In this document: positions 25,001-37,467 of the stretch, one piece after another | Layout: each line of letters starts with the position of its first letter | How positions within the stretch are numbered: position 1 is the first letter of the stretch | Source of the DNA: Ascidiella aspersa | Taxonomy: Eukaryota | Direction of reading: 5' to 3' | Length of the DNA: 64,000 nt | Assembly (NCBI GenBank): GCA_963924565.1 | Contig: OZ004614.1 | Location: 24,118,001 to 24,182,000, forward strand | Program-made: the position numbers and the translations under genes | The notes under the pieces: generated by a model | What the model was told of the DNA's origin: nothing | The model's database searches: none | The model's input: only the letters and a program-made list of their open reading frames with translations

Positions 25001-28000
25001 TTGTTGAGCCCAACATTGTTTGCGTGCGTTTGATTTGTATTCACAAAACCAATTTCTCTTTTTTTGGATTGAAGTGCGAAGAAAATCTATGTTTTGTTAA
25101 TTAACTCACTACGTGAAAACCACTACGACAGCAGATCCAGAAATTGTGTTTAGGGGAATGTAAAAAAATCACACAAATCTACGTCTTAAAACAATTTATC
25201 CTAAAAAGCTGTTATTTTGAGTGCGTATAAGGAGCTTTAATCCAGCCTAATCGCGTTTAACACGAAATATGTCGTCAACTCGTCAATGGTTTTAAAATGG
25301 TAAAACGTCAAATAAAAGGATATTTAACCCATGAAACACATCAAATGCATTGAAATATTTGTCAAAATAACGCCATTTATAGTCTACTCTAACTTCACAA
25401 AAATTAGACTTTGTAGCGTTCATAAGTTACAAGGCGTTATTTGCCGTAGTAAGCATATGCTCATGCGCTGAATAGCTTATGGGCCGCGGCCAACAGTTTG
25501 CCCACCACTGGCTTAAAACCTTTATATAATCGTTATAAATTGCGTAATAAAAGTACGACCTTTACCTGTAACAGTTAACGTTTTTGTTTGTTGACCTCCA
25601 GCTGAGTTTGCTGCAACTTTGCAAACGTAGCTTCCACCATCAAAAACGCTTACAAACCTGATGTGAAGGGTTCGCTTCACGTAGTATCCACTTGAATATT
25701 TTGATTGGTAAACGTGGCGGGTTGTGTCGGTAGAAACTAAAGAACCGCCCCTAAATGAAAATATAATATATAAAATTATTGTTAAGAAAGTAACTAAACC
25801 CTAAACTGGATTGACAAACGTACTTTGTCAACTATTGACGGTGCTACACGCAAAAGTGTCGAACTTTCAAAATCCCAGGGCATTTTTTTCTCACCAATTA
25901 AACATAATTTTTAATGAAAAAGTAAAAAAAGCTTTTTCGTAAAGAAAATATAGTTTGGGATTCAATGGGCTTGGCCTACGTTGTTATTCAGGAAATGTAT
26001 TGAACAAATTTGGTGAAATAAAACTAAGCTACATGAGGTAATTTCGCACACTAATTGCCCGCATAACTTGGTCAAATTTTCGAGCGTTTAGACGCACTGT
26101 TCTAAATGCAGAGCGTCGAAAAACGCCCTGCACACCCACGTATGTGGCGCCTATGGCTGCACGCACTATTTTTGGGACAAACGTTTAAAAACCTAAAATA
26201 ACAAAATGATATGCAGTTAAATAAACTTTTGGCAGTATAAGTTAATATATGAGTCAATCCCAAACGTGACAGGTAACCAATCTTTAAATTCTAATATAAT
26301 ATATAAAATTAATGTTGAGAAGGTAAACATAACCTTAAACTGAATAAACAAACGTACTATATCAACAATAGAGGATGCTATCCTTAAAGGGTTTGAACTC
26401 TTGTGTTGAAATCATGAACTAAGTTTGTCCACTAATTGCTGGTAACTTGACCAGATCACAAGGCGTTTTGAAGTCCTGCCAGAAATTCAGAGCGTCGAAA
26501 AACGCCCTGCATACCCATGTATGGCGCCTATGGCTGCACGCACCATTTTAGTAGAAACGTTTAAAGACATAAAATAACAAAAGTATACGCAGTTAAACAA
26601 ACTTTTGGCAGTATTAGTTGATATGTGTGTCAATCCCAAACATACAATATAGTTTTCCATAAATAATCTGCAGCAACAGGCTAAACCAACCTCATCCAAT
26701 CAACGTGTGGTTTTGGATTTCCTCTCGATTCGCAAATAACTTGTTGTGTTGTTCCATGCGCAAGGTCAATAGCGGTGGGAGAAATTGCTATTGTTGACGT
26801 TACTAAAACCGGAAAATAATAATAGGAGGGCCAATAAGTGAGGTTAGGCGGCGTTAAAGCAACATTTATAACGATGCCCAAGAAAATACATATAAAACGT
26901 GACCGCTTAAAAATACATTTAAAATATACCTATCAGTTTGTCGCTCACATATTAAAGTAAATTATAAAGCAATAAAGGTAAGCTATGCGATACATTACCT
27001 GCGGCTTCTTCAGTGGATAACCAGTACTTTGCACTTGGAACTGTCAAGGCGATATTGGTATTATAGTATAGGAGGTCTCTAACTTACTAAGCTTATCGAA
27101 ATTGGAACAACTATATGGTATTTTATATGTATTTTATTTCACTCTACATAAAATTTCTGGTTTCTACTTACCACGGATAGTAAGAGTTTTATTTTTCACG
27201 CCACTTCCAGCCCAGTTGGTCGTTCTACATTCGTACAATCCCCCGTTTCCAGCGTCGTAGTTGATTCTGATGTAAAGAGCAGAGTTGCCAGTTGATCGTC
27301 CGCTTGTTGTGGTTGGTGCTTGGTAAACTACAGTTGATGAACTGAAAGATATCTCAGCATCGTTCCTTGAAAGTATATGGACGTAAAATAGTAATCAATT
27401 TGTTGTCTGCAATGAATTGCGCCTATGTTAAAACTGTTCTTCAATTTTAGATATATTCTTTGTTCTGTCATTAGTTTAATTTATTTTTCGTTTAATAAGG
27501 CGAGGTTTTCTTTTATTCTAAATGCTTTTGTTTTCCAAAATATTTCACGTTTTTGTTTTTCTGTTTGACTAATTTATATTTTAGTTGATAAGTTCCAAAT
27601 GCTTAGACTTCACAAAATCTCCCTAATTTCACACAAAGTAAGGTATGTTTATGAAAATGGCGAAACAATATTATTTTGATTTTAATTATTCATTTAAATT
27701 GGTATGGTAAAAAATTACCAACAACATGAAAGTTAAAAGTTTAATTAGACATACGGTTAAAACAGGTCTTTATTTTAACCCCATGTTTAATTTTAAAGAA
27801 CATCAAATCGAAAAAGTCAGATAGAAACCCATCCTACCTGAACCACTTGCACTGAGGTTGGTGATACCCCGAACAAGTGCATGTCACAGAAGTAACTGCG
27901 TTGATACTAACTGTCAGTGATGTAGATGTGAGATGCAATGCAGAGGAACCTAACAGCAAAAATAAATTGTAAACAAGAAACTACCCAACAACTTACACGG

Positions 28001-31000
28001 AACCTATTACATACCAACTACTGATTCACAAAAAAAATCTTTAGTAATAAGCATCGGAAAAGTTCTTTACGGGCCAACTCAAATTTATTTCATAACTTTG
28101 AATACTATATTGTTTATTTTCATAATTTCGAATATGATTCTATTTTAGTTGAACCTAATGAGAAAAATGTTCGCCGACATTATAATCTATAAGTCAATTT
28201 AAAAGATGTTGCAAGGACTTTTCAAAACTTTCTTGCATACCAAAGTTTGTAAACCAGTGGCATCATTTTTCCATGATTTTTAGAAATCTGTTTTAGGTGG
28301 GCGTTTATTTGACTTATCAAAAAGCTAAATTTATTACCAACTACAATCTTGATCGTGGCAACGGAAGTACAAGTTCCAGTACTATTGCTTAAAGTGAACA
28401 CGAAATCTCCGTTGTGTGACAAGGTGACGGGGTTGATGACGTAAGTAAAGCTCGTCCCAACGAAATTACTTATCACGTTGGTGTTTGTTCCACCATGAGA
28501 AACAACCACGTTAAGAGGTTCGGTGAAAAAGCCAGAGATGGTTCCTGTGAATGTCAAACTGCTTCCCAATATTGGTGTGCTGGTTGATGACGTCACATTA
28601 AAGTTGCGGGAAACTGTGTTAAAAATCCAGCATTTCATCATAACAGCATTATTCACTTTCTTTTGATTATAAAATTTCTCTTTTAGCTTAGTTCTGCCGT
28701 AATGTTTGTTTTTATTTGTATGATCTTAAATTTACGAATTGAATGTTTATCAAAGGTGCTGTAAAACTTAAATCCATATTGATCCTTGCAGAATCAATGG
28801 CATACAAAATTGTGAATCTTAACTACCATCGCTGGATAAAGTATGGTACCACTTCTAAAACCGTCTATGTTACACATCACTGGTTCGTAAACTTCTATAT
28901 GCGCGACATAAATTTATATTTTGTGAACACCTCGCGACCCGATTAAGACACGGAAACATAGTATAAATTATATTGATTTTTAGTGAATTTGGTCTTAAAC
29001 AAGTAATGCCCTGTAATGAACTATAATTTTTTTCAATTTATACATGGTTTATTAAAGGAAGACACTTGAATATCCCAATATATTAATGATGCAATAATTC
29101 AATTCAACAGGACAAAACCAAAGAAGTGTGTTTGATGCAATCATATATAAATTTTTAACAGTCAAATATTTGTCAAATTTAAATTGAATCTGTGCGACCC
29201 AATTTTACCCTTAGCGACCCTTATGTGGATGAGGGCCTAAAGCAGGGGTCCGCAAACTGAGGGCCGCGCTCGAAATGCGGGCCGAAGAGCCATTTTTAGT
29301 GGGCAGCAAGTTACCTATTAATAGCTTAGTGTTATCCTGTAGTTGTGGGCCGCGTGATAGCATGACATTCATTGCACGTTATTTTAAAAGCAAGCAAGGA
29401 GCTATGTAATATTTCACCTTAAAATCAGAATTCACCTCTGTTTTCGTAGTGGTTTTACGTAGTGGGTCTTCAATAGATCTGAATAGACTACTTGGGGCAG
29501 CGACAAAAAAAGTTTGCCGACCACGATGGCCTAAAGGCTACTTTATTTAGAACCACCGTCGTATAAATAAATAAATAGTCTTGCAGAACGGTTAGTTTAT
29601 TACTTCCAGGCCATCTTTAAGCTAGTCAATAACTTTAAACTAATTAAATATTCTGTTGCTTTCAGAGTGTTTCAATTGTACAATTGTCTTTCCGGACAAA
29701 TTTTATTAAACTAATTGCTCATCAAAACTGTTTTATTGTTTTCAAGCAGTAATGATGCTAAATTAAACACCGAACGAAGGTGGAGTAAAACAGTTTTTTT
29801 TGCAGTAAACACATCACGCAGAATATTAGAAGCTCTCAAATTCTAAAAGAGAGGTGCAACACATACTTTCCTTAGTTTGTAGTTATTCCGATCAGAGCAA
29901 TTCACCTTGGTTTTCACAAATGTAGTAGAATGTTCCATCGCACATCGCATCTCCCCACTTCCAAATGTAAGTATAAGGTGAGCTATATCGCGTCCCAGTT
30001 AACACCATACATATTCCGGGGCCTGACGGTCCAGTTCCACTAGCCCATCCGTTGTATCCCGGTGTTGACCAACTACTGCCTCCTGTTTTTAAATATTTAA
30101 TGCCACAGTAAATTATTTCATATTTCGTACATGTGCAAACATATAAGTATCGTTTGAAACCTGTTTGTCTAAATTTTTGTTTCTTTTATTTTTGACAGAA
30201 TTATGTTCACAAAAAGAAACCGTTGACACCCATGAGTTCATACCATGACCACTCTATTATTTGACTAAACTTAATAGAATGCCTGAGGAGGAGAACAAAT
30301 CATACTATTAAAGAGCGACAGGTTATCAGGAATCACTACACTTTGTTTTGGAAATAAAACGAAAATAAATCCTACTTGATCTGGGCGTCGTAGCCAGCAC
30401 TTATCGCGTCTGAAGAGCGGCAAAAATTCGCTTCTCTCCATATGCTGCTACCTACTTCTGTATCGTTCTGGTCCAAGAACAAAGCCCTGTGTGGTGTGAC
30501 TATCCTGACTTTCGAGAGCCGAATATAATTTTTTCATACTTCAATAATTTAGTTTTTGTTAAACAAAAAAAACTATATCTATACTACGAGATGTTGATGT
30601 TAAAAATGAATAAAAATATATTCGAAACGTTTAAAATGATACCTACTTCAGTATGGGCTTTGATATTCTTATTACGTCTTACTACAACCTCCAACCATTA
30701 TGCTCCAAAGTATATCTATACTATTTCATGAAAATTGTAAAAAGACGCGGACAGAGATTTGGTAAACCATGGGTTACGCAAGGCCGGCTCAACTAACTTT
30801 TTAGATTGGAAACTTACAGCATTAGATGCATATAAGTTCTGAGTATCATATTGCTTTAAACATAAAGACCAAAACGCACAGCGTCGGCAAAGCCTTTGTT
30901 GATGTATACTACGCCTACGGTATTCTGTATAGTGAACCGGGAACACACAATAAGACCTAAAAAGCAACAATACCAAAAGCAGAAAAAATCTATAAAACCA

Positions 31001-34000
31001 TACTATTAAGACCAACGACATTACATAACCAAATACGCAATAATATCCAGTACAGCTTAAAATCAAAATTGTCTGAATAAAACCTAAATTCATCGGAATA
31101 AGTCCCAAAATCATCGGAATGAGGCTTAAATTCTTCGCAATAAGGCCTAAATTTATCGGAATAAGTCATAAATTCATCGGAAGGTGGCCTAAATTTATCG
31201 GAATAAGTTGTACAGGGGTGGGTTTTGGGGTTAGTTAAAGTGTTGTTTAAGCCTGCTTCTGACCTTTTAGGTCTTATTCCGATTTAGACGGTACTAATAC
31301 CACAAGTTATTAGTCCTATTTTGGTCTAATTCCGAATTGTGTTTTATTTTGACGTTGGTGTTGTTCTTATCTCGGTCTTATGGCTGGAGTCCAATGAACC
31401 ATTCATACAGTAAATAAATCAACGATTTTTTTCGACATACTTCTTTTACTGAAACGTCATTCCGGACTTTTTGTATGCACAACCATATTATATCATAATA
31501 TATATTTCAACATAGGCTAATATATTTTAGCATGCAAATTTCGCTGTAATTAAACTCATAGTTTCGACGACCTTAAAAGAAAAGTTATGTGAACTTTCGC
31601 ATAATATTAATCAGAATAGCTCCCCTGGTATTTATTTTTGTTCGACGTTTCGATATTTTACACATTGTAGGCCTACGTTACAATATTCGGTTTATTTAAC
31701 CCTTAAAATACAGACTTCAGCAGGTTATCCAAACTCTAGATTTAAAAAAAAACAATATTTCACGATTTTTTGCAAAACTCATCATTCTTGAATAACATGC
31801 TCAACTGATAAGTAAAGTTTAAGCGTGCAACAATTTTGGGTTTGACTTTCTTATGGTAAAAATATTACCTGAATAGCTTGAAAATGTCGTTCCGTCTGGC
31901 CACTTAAAGTCGTTTCCAGTTCGTTCCCCACCGATGAAAGCATCTGACACAAATATTTGTTTTAACACTTGCAACAAACAATTTAGGCACAATGTCGATG
32001 TTTGGTATATACTTACAAACGTTTGAACCTCTAGTCCACCCGTTTCCAACCTTGTTGCTTGCGAGAGTACTCAGGTGGTTTTGTGTTGCTTCGTCAGGAA
32101 TACTTGCCAAGTTACCACCTCCACTAATGCAAGCTGACTTGGCGGTTGCTTGATTTACCTTGCTACTTGAAAGAACAAAGTTCCTTCCCTTGCATGTTGT
32201 AGCGTCTAAAGCAATACAGCAGTGGTCGGCAAACGTTTTTCAGTGTAATCACGCGCAGCGCGAAATAAATGAGTTTTGTGTTTCAAGTTGGCAAGACTTC
32301 CATTGAAAGGAAACGTGAAGCTTGAGGCAATTAAATAGATTCGAATATTGGTTTCGTTACCACCCCCAGCAATGCAAGCTGACTTGGCGGTGGCTTAAGC
32401 TACTTTGCTGTTTGAAAGCACAGAGTTTATTCCCTTGCATGCTGTAGCGCCTATAACGACACCTAAATGCTCTAAACAACAACTAACAATCACTATTATT
32501 TGACGTAGTAAGCAAGTAGTGAGGGATTGCGGCAGACTCTGACACGGGCCACATTATCATGTAAAACCGGAAACTGTCTGCGTGCCGCTTCCATCGCGGG
32601 CCGGTTCTGTTTTTTCTAGCCCAGTGGTTCTCAAAGTTTTTTCATATTCCTCCAAATTTTCACAGTGTATGGATATAATGAGCAAGGTGCATTTTTTTAT
32701 TTATCTAAGAGATAAAAGTGAACATTACAAAAGCAGGGTACAATTGAAAAACAATACAAAAATGCGAAGTACAATTTTACCGAACGAAATTTACATTACG
32801 TATTAACAAAGTGTTTTAATCAAGTAGACGTGAGCCAAGTGGCTCCCTTTGAGAACCACTGTTCTAGCTGGGTTTGCGTTAATTTCTTCAACCGAATCTA
32901 ACTATATATAGAACGTTTTAACCAAAATTAAGTTCGACGATTGTCAAAAATGTGATGCCATTTGACAAAACCATCAACAAAATGCGCGAAATACAAAAAT
33001 CGAACCACAGACATTATCACTAAATGCCCTAATATTCCAACCTTAACAACACTAGCCCCAAACAAGAACAAACAACCCAATGCCAAAACAGCGGCGCCCC
33101 AACGCCTCCGAACTAAAGCTCGAAACGTCGACACCAAAACATCTGATGCAGATCGATGACCCCCGATCGTCCTGTGGGGCACGAGTTTAGTTGTTCAACT
33201 TATAATACTTTATTCAACCGCATTGCGTTCTAATTGACGCTTTCGTTCTGAACTCCAACTTCAAGGTGCGTATCTAACTCGCAAGCCGCCACAAGACGTT
33301 CTGGTGATTAGAATTGTATTCGTTGATGAACGAACAACCAGTTTTAAATTATGTTAACAGCACCAGTCGATAGCTAAGAAAAGTTAGTTTTCAAGCTGAT
33401 AGCGGTCTTAAGGACCAACAGACAATCCAATGCTGACCGCAGTGATTATAATAGCATTTAACACTTTGCTGAGAGTTAGCGTTGCTTCCAAATAATACTG
33501 ACACTTAAGCAGAAACATCATAAACATACGGTAAACACAAAAACTCTTAGTCGGTAATAAATCATGCCTTCTATACTGTCCCTTACCCCTTGTTCTACAG
33601 TTTCAGGCGACATTTTGCCTATTTAGGCCGTATTCCGATGAATTTAAGCTTATTCCGTGGGGTTCATGTCTTTTTGAGACAATTTAGATCTTATTCTGTC
33701 ACTGATATTACTGCGTATTTGGCTTTATAATGTTTCTGGTCTTGATACTAGGGCACTGCAGATTAATCTTCTTTAGATATTGCTACATTGTAAGTCCATA
33801 CTCCTGACACCTCCAAGAAAGTCACGGCACACCTGGCATGGGCACACCGGTTGCGGAGCACTACGATAGACCAGTGTTTTCCGTGGGGGAAAATTACACC
33901 AGTTTAAAGCATTTATAGTTTTTATGAAGAGTGCGTATTTTTCACAGCCATATAGTGTCGCCAAAATTATTTGATTGTCATGTTGGTTTAGCATGGGGCG

Positions 34001-34437
34001 TAGCCTACCTTTTTTGTTGCATACCAAATCAATTTATTTCGATTACATGAATTTGTATCGTAATAAACATCAAATGTTTAGTTCACTCTGTATTAAACTT
34101 GGAACTGTGATAAATGATAACTTATTAAAATAATAATTTAAACCGAGTGTTGCTAATCCAGCAGTATTACATAAACAATCGACGTTTCGACTTCCTATAC
34201 AGAACGCCTTCATCAGGATACTGACATATCACGCAAAACAGATTCCTTACAAAAAACGTCGATTGATTATATATTACTGCTAGATGAGCAACAATTTATA
34301 TAGGCATGGCAGCAATAGCTTATTTCAATAATTTAAACGTTGTTCAAAACTTAGAAAACACAATAATACAAACCTGTTTTGTCGATTCCAACGGCCGTTA
34401 ACCATATCAAAGATAAGACAAACATCGGGTAAAACAT
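19066..34437 (-). CDS. Receptor copy B: same 24-exon CTLD-Ig receptor, with an apparent frameshift in exon 21 (truncated/secreted allele, pseudogene or homopolymer error)
   Basis: Exons 34437-34374, 32205-32017, 31943-31869, 30082-29906, 28613-28338, 27949-27838, 27365-27172, 26802-26691, 25750-25566, 24831-24714, 24646-24459, 24086-23969, 23577-23387, 23313-23202, 22558-22359, 21887-21588, 21227-21072, 21002-20895, 20781-20561, 20468-20301, 20240-20028, 19739-19640, 19545-19484, 19346-19066. All are colinear with copy C. Exon 21 is 213 nt versus 190 nt in C, giving TAA at 20168-20166. Confidence 0.8.
21975..22040 (+). mobile_element. Possible tRNA-derived SINE remnant (paralog ~50810-50865)
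   Basis: B-box GGTTCGAACCC in a GC-rich island; no cloverleaf. Confidence 0.4.
23661..23944. mobile_element. Near-palindromic MITE in intron 12 of receptor B
   Basis: ~120-bp imperfect inverted arms (TTAATGGTGAAAATAACGGCCCAAAT...ATTTGGGCCGTTATTTTCACCATTAA) with TTAA at both ends; the intron is only 62 nt in copy C. Confidence 0.8.
29243..29525. mobile_element. hAT-type MITE in intron 4 of receptor B (paralogous to 1223-1511)
   Basis: Degenerate TIRs; GCCTAAAG on both flanks. Confidence 0.7.
30939..31392. mobile_element. Non-autonomous DNA element in intron 3 of receptor B
   Basis: Absent at this site in A and C; TSD AGTGAACC / AATGAACC; internal repeats of CCTAAATTCATCGGAATAAG. Confidence 0.65.
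32356..32450 (-). pseudogene. Decayed partial duplicate of CTLD exon 2 in intron 1 of receptor B
   Basis: After acceptor gttatag it reads GATACKGINSVLSNSKVA*ATAKSACIAGGGN: an in-frame TAA, then truncation. Confidence 0.8.
32622..32861. mobile_element. hAT-type MITE
   Basis: TIR CAGTGGTTCTCAAAG / CTTTGAGAACCACTG; TSD TTCTAGCC / TTCTAGCT. Confidence 0.8.
34148..34293 (-). mobile_element. Hammerhead-like (Penelope-type) motif with 40-bp inverted repeat, intron 1 of receptor B
   Basis: Minus strand CTGATGA-A-GGCGTTC..GAAGTC-GAAACGTCGA (core 34216-34184); arms 34148-34187 and 34254-34293. Confidence 0.55.
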
Positions 34438-36963
34438 GAAGGAATTTTTTAAAGAGAAAACTTGAATTCTTTAAGCGCCGCTATCCTTGCTGATCCGAAA
34501 CAAACTAAACTTCTGACTATCGGTTAAGTGGGCCAAGCATATAGCAGGTGAGGATACGTAGGTGGAGTTTTAAAGTGTTTGGTATGACTCGAACAAAACC
34601 GAAGAACGGCGCCTACCAAGTATTTGCCCCTCATATCGTTTTAATATCATTAACTTATTATGACTTATTATAGGCCTACATATTAAGTAAGGTCTATAAT
34701 CGTATACACAACTATGGTGCGGATGTAATAGCTAATAATCAAATGTGATACCTATAGCCAGGGTCCAGCCATACAGACCCATTTACGTAACTAAAGTGGA
34801 TACTGTGCAGTTCACTCATAGGAGTGTCGTATAATTTTTCACTTAAAAATACATGGTCAAAAAATGTTTCACAATATGCTATTACACTTTTACCAAATAG
34901 CAGTTTGTGTTCTTATTAGTTACGAAAGCTGGTAATGCGCATGCGCACGTCGGACGTGGAACTCGAATAGTCTTAACTCCGCAGCCCTTCTTCTAGAATT
35001 ATATAGTAATTGTCGAACTGTTAGTCGCTAAAAGCGTTCTGAAGGATGGCCATTTAATAAATGGGAACAAATTTAGAGGCTAAACTGGATGAAAATATTT
35101 AACTTCCTAGCAAAAAGAATTAACGCAACATCAGGTTGATTTGCTTATGCGCAATTATTTCTTCAAAAATGAAATACCATTGGAATGAACAATAAAGCAC
35201 GTGTGTGAATCGCAACGTAATAAACTACGGTAATTAACGTGCAATGCAACGCCTTGATGGCTGAAATCAATAAAGTACAATTAACTGTTTACGTAAAGCC
35301 TAATCTGCTCCTACCGTGCGTTAAAATATGCAAAAAATAAAAATAAAATGTTTCTCTTCATTACAACAACTACAAGATGTCCGATAATATCGAATCGGAA
35401 CCGATAGTATCGGCACAAGTCCGATATACTCTGGGTGATATCGGTGCCGAATGTTTGCATATTAGCATTTTTTGTGATCAAATTACTCTTCTAATTAGAA
35501 GTAAATTTTGACGCAATGTTAGCCTACCAAAAAATAAAAGATAAGTAAGCTTCCTAACGCAGATATGCGTCACTAAAACAGATTTTACTTCACCACCTGA
35601 CAAATGTTTTCGACTGGTTATCGGAATAAAACGTAAAATATCGAACATCCTACATACCACGGTATCAACGAGTTACTTTATCAATATAATTTAACTAAAA
35701 CAAAATCAATCAGTTAGCATAAATCAATTGTTGGAAATAGAACAGCAGTAAATTAAAACAAAACAAAAATAAATAGTTTCGATATAGCAACATTAAAATT
35801 TGTAAAAAAGTTGTGTCATCAGTTGGCATCAAGAATTTGTTAAAACTAGGAACAGCAGCGAGTTAAAACCAAAAACAAACAAATAAATTCGATATAGGAA
35901 CATTAAAATGTGGGAAAAAACGCATATAAGTTGTTTCATTGGTATATTACTTCACATAGGTCTGTGGCTTACAAAATAGTCGAAAGAAAACGGTATCAGG
36001 GATACAAATAGACTTTGCAGGCTTCATTCTGGCATAATGTTACACATCCCACATATTGTACAAGACAAACACATTGTTCTATATTGGTATAGAATTCCTA
36101 TAATTGTAACGGGAGTCTCAGTACGTCGGCGGATATCAGAAGGAGTGGAGCTAATTTTAAATAGGAAGGCGGAATGAATAACATTTTAAATATTGTTGTT
36201 TTGTTTATTTTTGCAACCCGGCCGAATGTAAACAATAGTTTTATTATAGACTAGCTATCAATCACAAAACAACTTCATAAAACACGTACAGTAGGTAAAA
36301 GAAGAAAATAACTAAAACGTCTCAAAAGCCAAAAATTCCAAATAGTACACATTAAATCAGTTAACATTGAATAGTACACACTGAATTAGTTAAGATTGCT
36401 CCAAAATCCCCCAAATATTTCTTGATCAGATAATTACACTTTCATTTACGGTCACTGGTTGGGTCGCAGTAAAAAGGCTATAAATGATTTGACCTAATCT
36501 ACAGTTATTTTAGAAATACCTTAACTGAGGCTTAAGCCATTTCATTTTGCCGTATTTACAACACTGTAAGTTATTTTATAAAAAATATTTTAACAACGAA
36601 GTGTTATACCTTATGTGGCACCGCCATACAGGTTTTTTTTAAGGTTTGATTTGGGTGACCGCTAAGTAGTTTTAAGATCCCGCAAGTGTTTCATTTAAAT
36701 ACCAAAAAAGTTGCAAGTCCAAAATTTGGGAAACCGCTGGAGAAATTTGAAAAACACCTCAAAAACCAAAACCACCTTAAAAAAAACACTGCGCCATACG
36801 TCGTAAAGGCAAATATAGTGCTAATATTGTGAGTTCGAAAAGTTGCGAAGGCCTATAGCGAAATAGGGGATTAAAACGACTATTGGTGGAGGTAGGCTTA
36901 ACAAATAAAATAATTGAATAAGTGTATCCCATCAATATATGGTGGACTTGATGTCTGTTAAAT

Positions 36964-37463
36964 CAGAGTTTTCAAACTTTTTGGACCACGGACCACTATT
37001 TGTGAATCTGTTTTTTCGCGGACCGCAATACAAAGCAATAAATTGTTAAAACCGATTTTATTTACAAAACTGACAACATCAATGGGACGGATGGCGTTGC
37101 TTCTTTCTGCATAATCATCAATTCTCGGAGTTCTTTGTGAAAGGCAAATTCGTAAGTCTGAGTCCACGGAAAGTCTGGACTTGCATTTTTTACAAATGGC
37201 GATATTAATATATTATTACGTCATAGACGAGGAATACGAGAATTTTTCGTAAACAACTTTTTAACTGCAATGAAGGCGCAACAAGTAACATTTACGATGC
37301 TGGATAGCAAAAGCTTTCGAAATCTTTAAGTTGTGAATAACTGCGGCAATTATCTTTGAAATGGTACGTACTGTACAACGTATATGTGTGACTTTTTAAT
37401 TTCTTGTCATATCGCCACAGACCACCTGTGCAGTCGTCGCGGACCACAGTTTGGGAAACCCTG
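36964..37463. mobile_element. hAT-type MITE
   Basis: CAGAGTTTTCAAACT..GGACCAC / GGACCACAGTTTGGGAAACCCTG; TSD TGTTAAAT, with the right copy displaced by the next element. Confidence 0.7.
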
Positions 37464-37467
37464 TGTT

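Larger units (their letters stand above)
5690..34760. repeat. Tandem segmental duplication unit 1 (~29 kb: peptide gene + receptor B)
   Basis: Colinear homology with unit 2, e.g. 6490-6975 ~ 35665-36280, 9160-12790 ~ 39150-43020, 14830-19066 ~ 43360-47912. Boundaries are approximate. Confidence 0.85.

Noticed and set aside
29906-30082. Thrombospondin type-1 repeat suggested by SSWS..GW
   Set aside because: The exon ends WKWGD..C...YYICE and completes the C-type lectin domain begun in exons 2-3.
30795-30925. Conserved exon-like block in intron 3 (also ~2580-2695 and ~59965-60090)
   Set aside because: Indels between the three copies break the frame, and exon 3 joins exon 4 in phase without it.
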